From Clostridia bacterium (lineage in GTDB: Bacteria > Bacillota > Clostridia > TANB77 > CAG-465): DNA of 64,000 nucleotides. Location: assembly GCA_045534225.1 (NCBI GenBank), contig JAZSJJ010000004.1, forward strand, positions 57,750 to 121,749, given 5' to 3'. The position numbers and the translations under genes were made by a program. Every line of letters starts with the position of its first letter. The first letter of the stretch is position 1. The notes beneath the pieces are model-generated. The model saw only the letters and a list, made by a program, of their open reading frames with translations, did not search any database and was not told the origin of the DNA. Below, in pieces: positions 1 to 9,409 of this stretch.

Positions 1-322
1 TTAAATTAAGATCATTATTTAATTTAACCCCTCTTATGAAAGTTATAATTAGTATAGCTGTTGCAACAAGTGTAAGTACTCCTGTTATTATTCTAATTAT
101 TTTCTTTGTCTTTGTATCTACAAACTCTTTTTTCTCTTTTACCTTTTTTTCTTTAGGTTCTTTTACTTTTTTCTCTTTAATTTTCTTTTCTTTAACCTTC
201 TTCTCTTTTACTGGAGAATCGTTAGTTTCTACATTATTTCTTTTTAAGAACAACTTTTTATTTTCTTCTCTTTGTTCTTTTTCTCTTCTTCTTATTTCCC
301 TTTGTTCTTTTCTACTTTCCAT
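1..322 (-). CDS. Partial CDS running off the window start: Lys/Glu-rich N-terminus then one TM helix (membrane-anchored protein, function unknown)
   Basis: Manual translation from ATG at 322 (RBS GAGGGTG): MESRKEQREIRREKEQREENKK...KEKKVKEKKIKEKKVKEPKEKK...IIRIITGVLTLVATAILIITFIRG; no stop before position 1. Confidence 0.75.
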   Translation of the reverse strand, partial: MESRKEQREIRRREKEQREENKKLFLKRNNVETNDSPVKEKKVKEKKIKEKKVKEPKEKKVKEKKEFVDTKTKKIIRIITGVLTLVATAILIITFIRGVKLNNDLNL

Positions 323-406
323 TTTATTTTTTCACCCTCGCTTGTCATTATATCACTTGTAAAAAGTATTATCAACAATATTATGTATATTAAAGTAAAT
401 TAATAT

Positions 407-431
407 AAAAAAGAGCAGTTTGCACTGCTCT
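407..431 (-). terminator. Intrinsic terminator after tRNA-Met
   Basis: AGAGCAGT/ACTGCTCT stem followed by a T-run on the minus strand. Confidence 0.7.
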
Positions 432-435
432 AATG

Positions 436-512
436 TGGTAGCGGCGATTGGAATCGAACCAATGACCTTTCGGGTATGAACCGAACGCTCTAGCCATCTA
501 AGCTACGCCGCC
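436..512 (-). tRNA. tRNA-Met (CAT), elongator type
   Basis: Reverse complement GGCGGCGTAGCTTAGATGGCTAGAGCGTTCGGTTCATACCCGAAAGGTCATTGGTTCGATTCCAATCGCCGCTACCA: cloverleaf, CAT anticodon, encoded CCA, paired G1-C72. Confidence 0.93.
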
Positions 513-655
513 GACTACGTATATAAATATACACTAGTTAAAGTTAATTGTCAATATTTTTTTTGCTTTTTGTATATTTTATTTTATTAAATTTAATTAT
601 ATAAATAACCAATAAATAAGAGATGGTCTCCCACCTCTTATATTATCTACTAAAA

Positions 656-1393
656 TTAAATTACCATACCACCATTTGGGCTTATTACTTGTCCTGTAAT
701 GTATCTTGCACTTTCTGATGCTAAGAATAATACAAGTTTAGCAACTTCTTCCGCCTCACCAAGTCTTCCCATTGGGATATCTTTCTTAATTAATTCAATA
801 TCATTTTCATCATATTCTTTGAATATCATATCAGTAGCTATAGTTCCTGGTGCTACTGTATTTACTGTTATATTGCTTGGTGCTAATTCTTTAGCCAAAC
901 CTTTAGTTAGTCCTATAACACCCGCTTTAGAAGCCGAATATGCAACTTCACATGAGCTACCTGTAATTCCCCATATTGAAGATACGTTTATTATAGCCCC
1001 ATCTTTTTTAGATAGCATGCCTTGCTTTAATGCAGATTGAGTTACATTAAATACACCTGTAAGGTTTACATCTAATACTCTTTTCCATTCGTCTTCTTCT
1101 AAATCTGTAAATAGTCCTACTTGTGAAATACCCGCATTATTTACTATTACATCTATTCCACCAAATTCTTTTACAGCATATTCTACCATAGCGTCAACTT
1201 CATCACGATTTGTTACATCTGCTTTGAACATTTCCACTACACCATCACAACCTTCTAAGTCTTTAACTATATCTTTAGCAGATTGTTCTGAACGATTATA
1301 GTTTAGAAGAACATTATATCCTGCATTAGCAAAGGCATATACTATCGCCTTGCCGATTCCTCTAGAACCTCCTGTTACAAGTGCTGTTTTCAT
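656..1393 (-). CDS. fabG: 3-oxoacyl-ACP reductase (SDR family, FabG/YmfI-like)
   Basis: TGGSRGIG Rossmann motif, NNAG, YSASKAG catalytic YxxxK, GQVISPNGG. Confidence 0.85.
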   Translation of the reverse strand: MKTALVTGGSRGIGKAIVYAFANAGYNVLLNYNRSEQSAKDIVKDLEGCDGVVEMFKADVTNRDEVDAMVEYAVKEFGGIDVIVNNAGISQVGLFTDLEEDEWKRVLDVNLTGVFNVTQSALKQGMLSKKDGAIINVSSIWGITGSSCEVAYSASKAGVIGLTKGLAKELAPSNITVNTVAPGTIATDMIFKEYDENDIELIKKDIPMGRLGEAEEVAKLVLFLASESARYITGQVISPNGGMVI

Positions 1394-1433
1394 ATGTATA
1401 TGCCTCCTTATTATTTATTTTATATTTTAATTA

Positions 1434-3209
1434 TTAGCCGTCAATTCCTGGTCCGTCAAAATCTACTGTAGGTGTATCAGTTTCTGATCTTTCACCAACT
1501 GATGTATCTACTTCTTCTGGTGGGTATACACCTGCAGTTAAAGTATCTATCATATCTGTTGATGCTGGTACTACTGGAGTATCAGTTCCGTCACCTGTCA
1601 CTACTGGCTCTGTAGCTTCAGTAACAACTGGAGCATCTGTTCCGTCTGTTGGTGCTGAATGAGATCTAGTTTCTGAACTTTCTGATGCTAATACAGCTAT
1701 TAAACCAGCTTCTCTCATTGTTCTGTCATAGCCTTCTACAGCATCTCTTCCTACACTGTCTATATCTGCTCTTACAGAATCACGTACCGCGCTAGATCTT
1801 GGATCTATTTCAGCTGATGCTGGTAATGATTCGAATTTATCTCCACCTGTTAACCAAGATATTGGATTAAATCTTCTTTTAGCTTTAACTTTTTTATGAG
1901 TGTCTAATGTTCCTCTGAATGTTTCCATTCTTCCTAATTCATTTTTAGCTAATAAGTATAATCTTTCATCTTCGCCTCTTAATTCTTCACCTGCAGCTAT
2001 TCTAGCGTCTCCAGCTTCAACAACTTTAGCATATATTGCTTCAGCTTTTGTTTTTGTCTTAGGATTTGAAGCTAACGCTTTAATTCCTTTCCATGTAGTA
2101 AGTTCAGCGCTTGGTACTACTCCTTCACCGAAATCTTGTTTTGGATCTATTCCATATACAGTTTCAATTTGAGATATTGGAGTTCTGTATCCTTTAGCCA
2201 TGTAATCTCCCATAGCTGTAAATATAACTTTAGCTTTATTTCTAAATAATCCAGTTGTTATTCCATATTTAGTATAAGCTTTAGGATCAGACATAAGTGG
2301 TAATAATTTCTTTATATGTACTTCACTTAATTGTTTTTCTTTCGCAAGTCTATATATACCATTAAATTCTTCAACAGTTAATTCTGCTGGTGCTTCTGGA
2401 GCTGCAACACTTGCTGATGTTCTTCCACTTGGAGTTGTTGTAGATGAACTACCTGGTGTAGTTGTAGAACCGCTGCCACCTGGTACTGCTGGTCCAGTTG
2501 TTCTTCCGCTTGGTGTTCCTGTTCCAGAACCTGTTCCTGGTACAACTGGTTCATCTGTTCCATCGCCATCGCCTGGCACAACTGGTTCATCTGTTCCATC
2601 GCCGTCACCTGGTACAACTGGTTCGTCTGTTCCATCGCCGTCACCTGGTACAACTGGTTCGTCTTTTGTTCCAAAGTTTTTCTTAGCTCTTTCTATTCTT
2701 TTTTCTAGTTTTTCTAATTTATCTATTTCATCTGGTTCAAATACACCTTTATCTTTAAAGATATTCATTATTGGTATTAATTTTTTATTATTTTCTTTTA
2801 TTTCTCTTTTTGCTGAGTTTATTGCTCTTGTAGCCAAACTCATTTCTTTTTCTATACCTTTTATTTCAGCTTGGTATATTCTTATTTTGTCTTTATCTCC
2901 AGCTTCGCCCTTACCTTCTTCTTCAGCAATCATAGCTTGTAATTCTTCTATTCTTGCTTTAGATTTTTCTAAGAACTCGTTGTTTACAGCCATTTTTTCT
3001 TCTAAACCTTTAATGGCATCCATTATTTCTTGTTTTGCATTTCTTCCTAGTTCAACGATACTTTCCTCTAGGCTAGCAATTGCTTTATCAAAACCAGCAA
3101 CTATATTCGCTCTTTCTGGATCAGATAAATCATCTCTTCCTTCTGCAGCCTCTTTATCTGCAACAAGTTTTTGATATTGTTCTTCTAATATTTCATAATC
3201 TTTTCCCAC
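1434..3209 (-). CDS. Hypothetical protein: coiled-coil N-terminus, 12-aa tandem repeats, T/S/G/P linker, acidic tail
   Basis: 591-aa ORF, GTG start with GGAGG RBS; (TDEPVVPGDGDG) repeats; no recognisable domain or signal peptide. Confidence 0.8.
   Translation of the reverse strand: MGKDYEILEEQYQKLVADKEAAEGRDDLSDPERANIVAGFDKAIASLEESIVELGRNAKQEIMDAIKGLEEKMAVNNEFLEKSKARIEELQAMIAEEEGKGEAGDKDKIRIYQAEIKGIEKEMSLATRAINSAKREIKENNKKLIPIMNIFKDKGVFEPDEIDKLEKLEKRIERAKKNFGTKDEPVVPGDGDGTDEPVVPGDGDGTDEPVVPGDGDGTDEPVVPGTGSGTGTPSGRTTGPAVPGGSGSTTTPGSSSTTTPSGRTSASVAAPEAPAELTVEEFNGIYRLAKEKQLSEVHIKKLLPLMSDPKAYTKYGITTGLFRNKAKVIFTAMGDYMAKGYRTPISQIETVYGIDPKQDFGEGVVPSAELTTWKGIKALASNPKTKTKAEAIYAKVVEAGDARIAAGEELRGEDERLYLLAKNELGRMETFRGTLDTHKKVKAKRRFNPISWLTGGDKFESLPASAEIDPRSSAVRDSVRADIDSVGRDAVEGYDRTMREAGLIAVLASESSETRSHSAPTDGTDAPVVTEATEPVVTGDGTDTPVVPASTDMIDTLTAGVYPPEEVDTSVGERSETDTPTVDFDGPGIDG
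2536..2664. repeat. 36-bp coding tandem repeat, ~3.6 copies
   Basis: Unit cctggtacaactggttcRtctgttccatcgccRtcR starts at 2536, 2572, 2608 and 2644 (partial). Confidence 0.95.
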
Positions 3210-3221
3210 AATAATTACCTC

Positions 3222-3347
3222 CTATTTTTTTAGTTCGTCAACTTTCTTTTGTAGTTCTGCAAGTTTTTCTAAATCTTCTGTAGCTTTCTTTAATTTTTCT
3301 ACATCTACGTTTATTTCTTCTTCAGTGTAGAATTTCTTTTCTTCCAT
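3222..3347 (-). CDS. Small 41-aa coiled-coil protein (not in ORF track)
   Basis: MEEKKFYTEEEINVDVEKLKKATEDLEKLAELQKKVDELKK; GGAGG RBS at 3356-3360; its TAG stop overlaps the RBS of the next gene. Confidence 0.75.
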   Translation of the reverse strand: MEEKKFYTEEEINVDVEKLKKATEDLEKLAELQKKVDELKK

Positions 3348-3362
3348 AATATATACCTCCAC

Positions 3363-3376
3363 ATGCAAATTTGCAT
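3363..3376. promoter_or_regulatory. Perfect 14-bp palindrome, candidate operator
   Basis: ATGCAAATTTGCAT lies between a TTGACA-type promoter (~3414-3419, minus strand) and the RBS of the 41-aa ORF. Confidence 0.4.
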
Positions 3377-3559
3377 ACTCTTATATTTCAATACTAACAT
3401 ATATAAAAAAATATGTCAACGATTTTTCTTTATGTTTTTTCGTGTATTCTAGGGCTTTCTTGCATATAATATACTAAACTTGACTATTTGTTAAAAATAT
3501 TGTACAATAGTCGTTGAAAATATTTTTAGACTTAAAGGAGTGAGTTTAAAGAGGTTTAA

Positions 3560-3708
3560 GAATATTAGCGCAGGGTTTTGCTAATTTTAGCAAATTGACG
3601 AGGATGATAGTTATCGACACATCAGCGGGTGCTATCACGGTTTAATGGGATCGACATATAGGTACAAAAGGTAAAATTCGGGAATTACTACAAAAAGCCT
3701 ATAATCCA
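3560..3708 (+). ncRNA. glmS ribozyme (GlcN6P-activated)
   Basis: AGCGC cleavage-site motif at 3567, P1 TTTGCTAA/TTAGCAAA, TTGACGAGG, P2 TGATAG/CTATCA, TTATCGA and AGCGGGTG core; directly upstream of glmS; 3' end approximate. Confidence 0.92.
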
Positions 3709-3745
3709 AATGTACATTGAAAATAGAATATGGAGGATTATTATT

Positions 3746-5542
3746 ATGTGCGGAATTATAGGATACGCTTCAAAGAATGAAGATTCTTGTAGCGTTGCAT
3801 TGTCATGCTTAAAAAACTTAGAATATAGAGGTTACGATTCCTCTGGTGTCGCTACTAGCGAACAAGGAAAAATCAATATGTATAAAGCGCAAGGTAAAAT
3901 TGCTAATCTGGAAGAGAAAATTAAAGATCATGATATTTCTGCTTCTACTGCTATTGCGCATACTAGATGGGCTACACACGGAGAGCCAAGTGAGACTAAC
4001 GCTCACCCACATAAAGTTGGGCACGTTACTTTAGTGCATAACGGAATCATTGAGAACTACTCAGATATTAAACAAGATTTATTATCTAAAGGAATGAATT
4101 TTGTTTCTGAAACAGATTCTGAAGTTGCATGTGGATACATTAATTATATGTATGAACAAACAGGAGATAAAATGGCAAGTATAAAAGCCGCTTGTGATGA
4201 ATTTAGGGGTTCTTATGCCCTACCAATTATCTTTGATGATGAGCCAAATACAATTTACTCTGTTAGAAAAAACAGTCCTTTAATTGTTGGCCTTAGCGAT
4301 AATGGTAACTTTGTGTCTTCTGACGTTTCAGCAATACTTAATTATACAAATAAATATGTATTGTTAGATAATGATGAATACGTTAAAGTTACAAACGATA
4401 ACGTTGAGATATTTGACTCTAACCTAAATAAAATAGATAAGCCAGTAGATACTGCTACTTGGAGTGCTGTTGAATACCAAAAGAATGGTTATGACCACTT
4501 CATGTTAAAAGAAATCTATGAACAACCTAAAGTTGTTAAAAACATATTAGGTAAATTCTATGATGATATAGACTTCACAAAATACGATAATATACACATC
4601 GTTGCTTGTGGTAGTGCTATGCATGCTGGTATGGTAGCTAAATACCTTTTAGAAAATAATGCTAAAGTTAGAACTACTGTAGAAATAGCTTCAGAATATA
4701 GATATAAAGAAAATCTAATTACACCTTCTACTCTAGTTATAATAATATCTCAATCTGGCGAAACTGCAGATACTTTAGCAGCATTGCGTCTTGCAAAAGA
4801 ACAAGGTGCATATGTTTTAGCTATAGTTAATGTTGTTGGTTCTTCTATTGCTCGTGAAGCAGATAAAACAATATACACTTATGCAGGACCAGAAATAGCA
4901 GTTGCTACAACTAAAGGTTATTCTTCACAAGTTGCTACTCTAACAAATGTAGCTCTTACAATAATGAAACAAAAAGGATTATTAGAAGATTCTGTTATGG
5001 ATACTTTCTATAGAGATATAGAAAAAATAGAAACATTAGCAGAAGATTTAATTAATTCTAGAGATATGTATAAAGCTATAGCAAATAAGTTATATACTCA
5101 CGAAAATGTATTATACATTGGACGTGGCATAGATAGTGCAAGTTGTATGGAAGGTTCTCTAAAACTTAAAGAAATATCTTACATACACTCAGAAGCGTAT
5201 GCAGCAGGCGAATTAAAACACGGTACAATATCACTTGTAGATCAAGGAACACCTGTTATAACTATCGCTACAGTAGACAATCTATATGAAAAAACAATAA
5301 GCAATCTAAAAGAGACAAAAGCTCGTGGAGCTTATACTCTACTAATAACTACAGATAACCAAAATGTAGATAATATAAAAGACTCATTAGACGATGTAAT
5401 TATTCTACCTAAAGTTTCAGAGTTTTCACAATCACTTCTAGTAGTTATTGTCCTTCAATTAATTGCTTATGAAACAGCTATACTAAGAGGCGCAGATATA
5501 GACAAACCTAAAAATCTTGCTAAATCTGTTACTGTTGAATAA
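3746..5542 (+). CDS. glmS: Glutamine--fructose-6-phosphate aminotransferase
   Basis: MCGIIG start (catalytic Cys) after GGAGG; LEYRGYDS, HTRWATHG, SQSGETADT, KPKNLAKSVTVE; true start is 3746, not 3710. Confidence 0.97.
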   Translation: MCGIIGYASKNEDSCSVALSCLKNLEYRGYDSSGVATSEQGKINMYKAQGKIANLEEKIKDHDISASTAIAHTRWATHGEPSETNAHPHKVGHVTLVHNGIIENYSDIKQDLLSKGMNFVSETDSEVACGYINYMYEQTGDKMASIKAACDEFRGSYALPIIFDDEPNTIYSVRKNSPLIVGLSDNGNFVSSDVSAILNYTNKYVLLDNDEYVKVTNDNVEIFDSNLNKIDKPVDTATWSAVEYQKNGYDHFMLKEIYEQPKVVKNILGKFYDDIDFTKYDNIHIVACGSAMHAGMVAKYLLENNAKVRTTVEIASEYRYKENLITPSTLVIIISQSGETADTLAALRLAKEQGAYVLAIVNVVGSSIAREADKTIYTYAGPEIAVATTKGYSSQVATLTNVALTIMKQKGLLEDSVMDTFYRDIEKIETLAEDLINSRDMYKAIANKLYTHENVLYIGRGIDSASCMEGSLKLKEISYIHSEAYAAGELKHGTISLVDQGTPVITIATVDNLYEKTISNLKETKARGAYTLLITTDNQNVDNIKDSLDDVIILPKVSEFSQSLLVVIVLQLIAYETAILRGADIDKPKNLAKSVTVE

Positions 5543-5585
5543 TCCTTTTAGTATTAAAGCTAGAATTTAAATAATATATAAAAGT

Positions 5586-5619
5586 AAAGAGTGTTAACAT
5601 TTAAGTTAACACTCTTTTT
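5586..5619. terminator. Bidirectional intrinsic terminator
   Basis: AAAGAGTGTTAAC/GTTAACACTCTTT inverted repeat between convergent genes. Confidence 0.8.
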
Positions 5620-5646
5620 ATATTTATTTAATTTATAAATTGTTAT

Positions 5647-5949
5647 CTATTCTTCTGTCTTAGTTTCAACATCGGTTGTAGCTTTCATCTCTCCATACTT
5701 CTTATACATTTTTACAAATAATGCTACTAATATAATTACTCCTAAAGCAAGCATTGCAATTCCACCTAGAATAGTTTCTTCTAGCATTAGCACTCCCACA
5801 AAAAGTATTGCGCCAGTACCTAATAAATAAAGTAATATAATTATTATAGCTAATAATACTCTTAGAAATTTAGGAACCTTCTTGTTCTCACTTGCTTCTA
5901 CTCCAACTTCAAAAATTAATTCTATTAAAAATTCAATTAACCCTTCCAT
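5647..5949 (-). CDS. Small membrane protein, unknown function
   Basis: 100 aa, two hydrophobic helices, GGAG RBS overlapping the mrdA stop. Confidence 0.7.
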   Translation of the reverse strand: MEGLIEFLIELIFEVGVEASENKKVPKFLRVLLAIIIILLYLLGTGAILFVGVLMLEETILGGIAMLALGVIILVALFVKMYKKYGEMKATTDVETKTEE

Positions 5950-5960
5950 ATATATTCTCC

Positions 5961-8042
5961 TTAGTACTTCACACTTGGTATTAATACTTCATTTACTTCT
6001 TTATTTACATTTTCATTAGATATATTGAAATATTCTTCAAGTATTGGTTTTACTATATTTGCAACAGCTGTACCAGAATCTCCGTGTTCTACTATTGCAA
6101 CAACTGCTATTTGTGGATTTTCTATTGGTGCAAACCCAACGAATACTCCGTTTGGATGTCCACTAGATACTTGAGCTGTTCCTGTTTTACCAGCAACTTC
6201 TATATCTGAATTCTTAAATACAATGTATGATGTACCACCTTGTTCAGATGTAACAGACTTCATTCCTTCTACTACCGCATCAACATGTTTTTGATTTAAA
6301 TCTAATCTTGTAGATATGAATTTATATCCTGTTATTTTTTCTACATGCGCTAATAGATCTTCTGAGGACACATATTCATCTTCTGCATTTACAACATTTC
6401 TAATTAATGTTGCTCTATTTAACGTCCCTCCATTTGCAAGCGTTGCTATATAATTTGCAAGTTGCACTGGTGTAAACGAGTTATATGATTGTCCTATTAC
6501 TGCAGATAATGTGTCTCCTAGATACCAATCCATTTCCTTATTAGCCCCCGCAATCATCCCTTTAGACTCTCCATAAAGTTCTACACCTGTTTTGTTTCCA
6601 AGTCCAAACATCTGACAATACTTAACTAAGTTGTCTATTCCCATCCTTCTTCCTACTTCATAGAAGAAACAGTTACAAGATACTTTTATTGCATCACTTA
6701 CATTTACCCAACCATGAGTTCTTCCATAGTATGAATACACCCAACACATTGGATGATTTGCATATTCGTATCTACCATTTGCTTTTATCTTTTCTGTAGT
6801 AGTTATTACTTTACTATCTAGTCCGGCAAGTGCACTTAACATCTTAAATGTTGAACCTGGTGAATATGTTCCAGATATTGCTCTATTAAACATAGGTTTA
6901 CTTGTATTGGCCATTATCTTTTTCCAAGAACTATATTTTATTCCAGATACAAATTCATTTGGATCAAAAGTTGGATAGCTTGCCATAGCAAGTATTTCTG
7001 AACTGTTTACATCTATGGCCACAACCACTCCAGATGTAGCATCAGACTTTTTAGAATACCCAGGCGCACCAGTTCTAATATTGTTTATTATCTTCTTTAA
7101 GTTTTTTTCCGCTACTTGTTGTAATCTATAATCTATTGTTAAGGTTACATTGTTACCTGAATCCGCCTCTTTATATATGTATTCCCCCGCTATCTCACCT
7201 TCAGCATCTACTTCTGTTCTTTTTATACCATTACTTCCTTTAAGGAAGGCTTCCATAGTAGTTTCAATACCCATCTTGCCTATGATGCTGTTATATGTAT
7301 ATCCTTCATCTTTTAATTCTTTGTATTCTTCACTACTAATTTTACTTACATAACCTAATAGGTGTGCCGCTATCGTTCCATAAGGATAATACCTTTTAGA
7401 GTTAACATTTATTTCTATCCCTGGTAGCTCGTTCTTTAACTCTTCTATCATGGCCATACTGTTATATGACACGTCTTTTGCGAGAGTAACCGATCTGAAT
7501 AAAGAAAAAGGATTCGTTCCTATTTCATATCTTAAAGCAACTAATTTGTTTTTCACATCGTTAGATACATTTAGTTTGTTTAAATCATATTTAATATATA
7601 GATAATCTAATATTTCTAGCGTTGTGCTTTTTTCATCTATGTCATATGTTTCACAAATTATTTTTCTATCTTCTTCGCTATGGAATTCATTTTCTTCCAT
7701 TGGGAAAGAAGATGTGTATTCATCATTATTTTGTTCCAATATATTTAACAATTTAAGCAGTGTATTATTTAATTTTTCATCTCCAACCTTAAATATTTCT
7801 ACGTCATACGCAAGTTTACTTGTTGCTAGCACTACTCCGTTTCTATCATAGATTTCACCACGCGGTGCTTCTATTGTAGTTTCTCTTAACATTTTCTTTT
7901 CTGATTGCTCTCTATAACTTGCACCGTTTATTATTTGAAGATTTACTAAACGCAAAGCAAAAACAACCCCAATAATTACTACTAGGATTTTTAGTATTAA
8001 TATTCTATTTTCGAAAAAATTAATATTAAGTTTTTGCTTCAC
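5961..8042 (-). CDS. mrdA: Penicillin-binding protein 2 (class B)
   Basis: RGEIYDRNG, RYYPYG, PGSTFK (SxxK), SCN, KTGT; follows mreBCD. Confidence 0.9.
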   Translation of the reverse strand: MKQKLNINFFENRILILKILVVIIGVVFALRLVNLQIINGASYREQSEKKMLRETTIEAPRGEIYDRNGVVLATSKLAYDVEIFKVGDEKLNNTLLKLLNILEQNNDEYTSSFPMEENEFHSEEDRKIICETYDIDEKSTTLEILDYLYIKYDLNKLNVSNDVKNKLVALRYEIGTNPFSLFRSVTLAKDVSYNSMAMIEELKNELPGIEINVNSKRYYPYGTIAAHLLGYVSKISSEEYKELKDEGYTYNSIIGKMGIETTMEAFLKGSNGIKRTEVDAEGEIAGEYIYKEADSGNNVTLTIDYRLQQVAEKNLKKIINNIRTGAPGYSKKSDATSGVVVAIDVNSSEILAMASYPTFDPNEFVSGIKYSSWKKIMANTSKPMFNRAISGTYSPGSTFKMLSALAGLDSKVITTTEKIKANGRYEYANHPMCWVYSYYGRTHGWVNVSDAIKVSCNCFFYEVGRRMGIDNLVKYCQMFGLGNKTGVELYGESKGMIAGANKEMDWYLGDTLSAVIGQSYNSFTPVQLANYIATLANGGTLNRATLIRNVVNAEDEYVSSEDLLAHVEKITGYKFISTRLDLNQKHVDAVVEGMKSVTSEQGGTSYIVFKNSDIEVAGKTGTAQVSSGHPNGVFVGFAPIENPQIAVVAIVEHGDSGTAVANIVKPILEEYFNISNENVNKEVNEVLIPSVKY

Positions 8043-8048
8043 TTTTCT

Positions 8049-8549
8049 TTACTCCATACCTTTATTTATTTTTGCCATTACAAAGAACAGCACATACGCA
8101 GCTAATATATTTATTAATACTGATTCTATTACTGCAAATACGCATGCTATTATTCCTATTGTTAACCCCTCACTAAATATATTTATTAACAACGTTAACA
8201 CTTCAAATATAGCAATACCTATTGTTGTATACACTGCCACCGAAAACGGTGTATCCTGCTTATATATATTTTTCATGCTCTCTAAAATTATACTTAACAA
8301 TGTAAATATTACAAAATACTTTGCTAAGGTGTGACCTAAAACCAAGTCTGTAAGTATACCTGCTAGCATAGATAAATATACTTGTCTCTTAAAGGAATTA
8401 ACCATTATTATTACTATTACATAACACGCTACTAAATTTATTTTAGTTCCAAATATATGTACATTGTTAAAGACTTTTAATTGAAGTACTACCACAATTA
8501 AAAGAAAAACTATATTTAGAATATATGTTAGTACTTTCTTTAACATCAA
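8049..8549 (-). CDS. mreD: Rod shape-determining protein MreD
   Basis: Polytopic 166-aa protein with GILTD motif between mreC and mrdA. Confidence 0.8.
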   Translation of the reverse strand: MMLKKVLTYILNIVFLLIVVVLQLKVFNNVHIFGTKINLVACYVIVIIMVNSFKRQVYLSMLAGILTDLVLGHTLAKYFVIFTLLSIILESMKNIYKQDTPFSVAVYTTIGIAIFEVLTLLINIFSEGLTIGIIACVFAVIESVLINILAAYVLFFVMAKINKGME

Positions 8550-8555
8550 ACTCTC

Positions 8556-9398
8556 CTACTTTACTATTATTCCTACCATATCTAAAGAATCTAAATTAAC
8601 AAAAGTCTCTACTATGGCATATCTATCTATTTCGTTTTTTCTATTCTTTATGCTTTTAATTATTCCCACCGGAATACCCTTTTTATATAATCCACCTATA
8701 CCTGTAGTATATACTTTTTCACCTTCTGACAGTTCTGTATCTATTGGTATATTTACAAGTTTTACTGTATGACTTCCTGTTAGACTATATTCTCCTTTAA
8801 TTAACGCTAGCTTATTAATATTTGAAATTTGAACACTTACAGAAGTTCCTGGTTTAAGTATAGTTGTAACAGTACTTGTTGTTTGGCTCACTTCCGAAAC
8901 GTATCCCACAAGTCCCTGCTCTGCTATTACAGTTTGTCTTTCTTCTATTCCGTCATTAGAGCCTTTATTTATTACAAATGTTTCATTCCACGTTTCATAA
9001 TTTCTAGAAATTATGTTTGCATATACTTTAGTGAAATGACTATAATTTTCTTCTATTTTCAGAAGCTCACGAAGATCTGCATTCTCTATTTCTAGCATAT
9101 CTATTTCTATTTGTAACTGCTTAGTCTCTGCCAGCTCTTTTTCTAGACTTTCTATTTTTTTGTTTAACTTTTTAGTGTTGCCAAAGAAAGAAGTTCCTTC
9201 GCGAAATACACCAACTACAGTTCCTGTTACTCCATCCACAAAGCCTACTACTTTAGATGAAATATTTTTCACAAAAGGAACTTTAAGCGTTGCTAGTAAA
9301 TAAATTGATATAATTACGCAAACTGCGATAATTATACCAATCATTAGTTTATTCTTCTTTTCTTTCTTTCTTAGTTTGGCATCCCTCATGTAATTCAT
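8556..9398 (-). CDS. mreC: Rod shape-determining protein MreC
   Basis: TM helix, coiled coil with ENADLRELL, INKGSNDGI, GLVG, TTGIGGLYKKGIPVG. Confidence 0.92.
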   Translation of the reverse strand: MNYMRDAKLRKKEKKNKLMIGIIIAVCVIISIYLLATLKVPFVKNISSKVVGFVDGVTGTVVGVFREGTSFFGNTKKLNKKIESLEKELAETKQLQIEIDMLEIENADLRELLKIEENYSHFTKVYANIISRNYETWNETFVINKGSNDGIEERQTVIAEQGLVGYVSEVSQTTSTVTTILKPGTSVSVQISNINKLALIKGEYSLTGSHTVKLVNIPIDTELSEGEKVYTTGIGGLYKKGIPVGIIKSIKNRKNEIDRYAIVETFVNLDSLDMVGIIVK

Positions 9399-9409
9399 AG
9401 TTATGCTCC

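Noticed and set aside
36-362. Plus-strand Phe/Ser-rich ORF
   Set aside because: Antisense shadow of the Lys/Glu-rich minus-strand gene that has an RBS
401-431. Possible third copy of the pilin-flanking repeat
   Set aside because: Shares only TAATATAAAA and a GCAGT/ACTGC stem; explained as the tRNA terminator
2536-2664. 36-bp repeats as a possible CRISPR array
   Set aside because: Head-to-tail with no spacers, in frame within a CDS, and no cas genes
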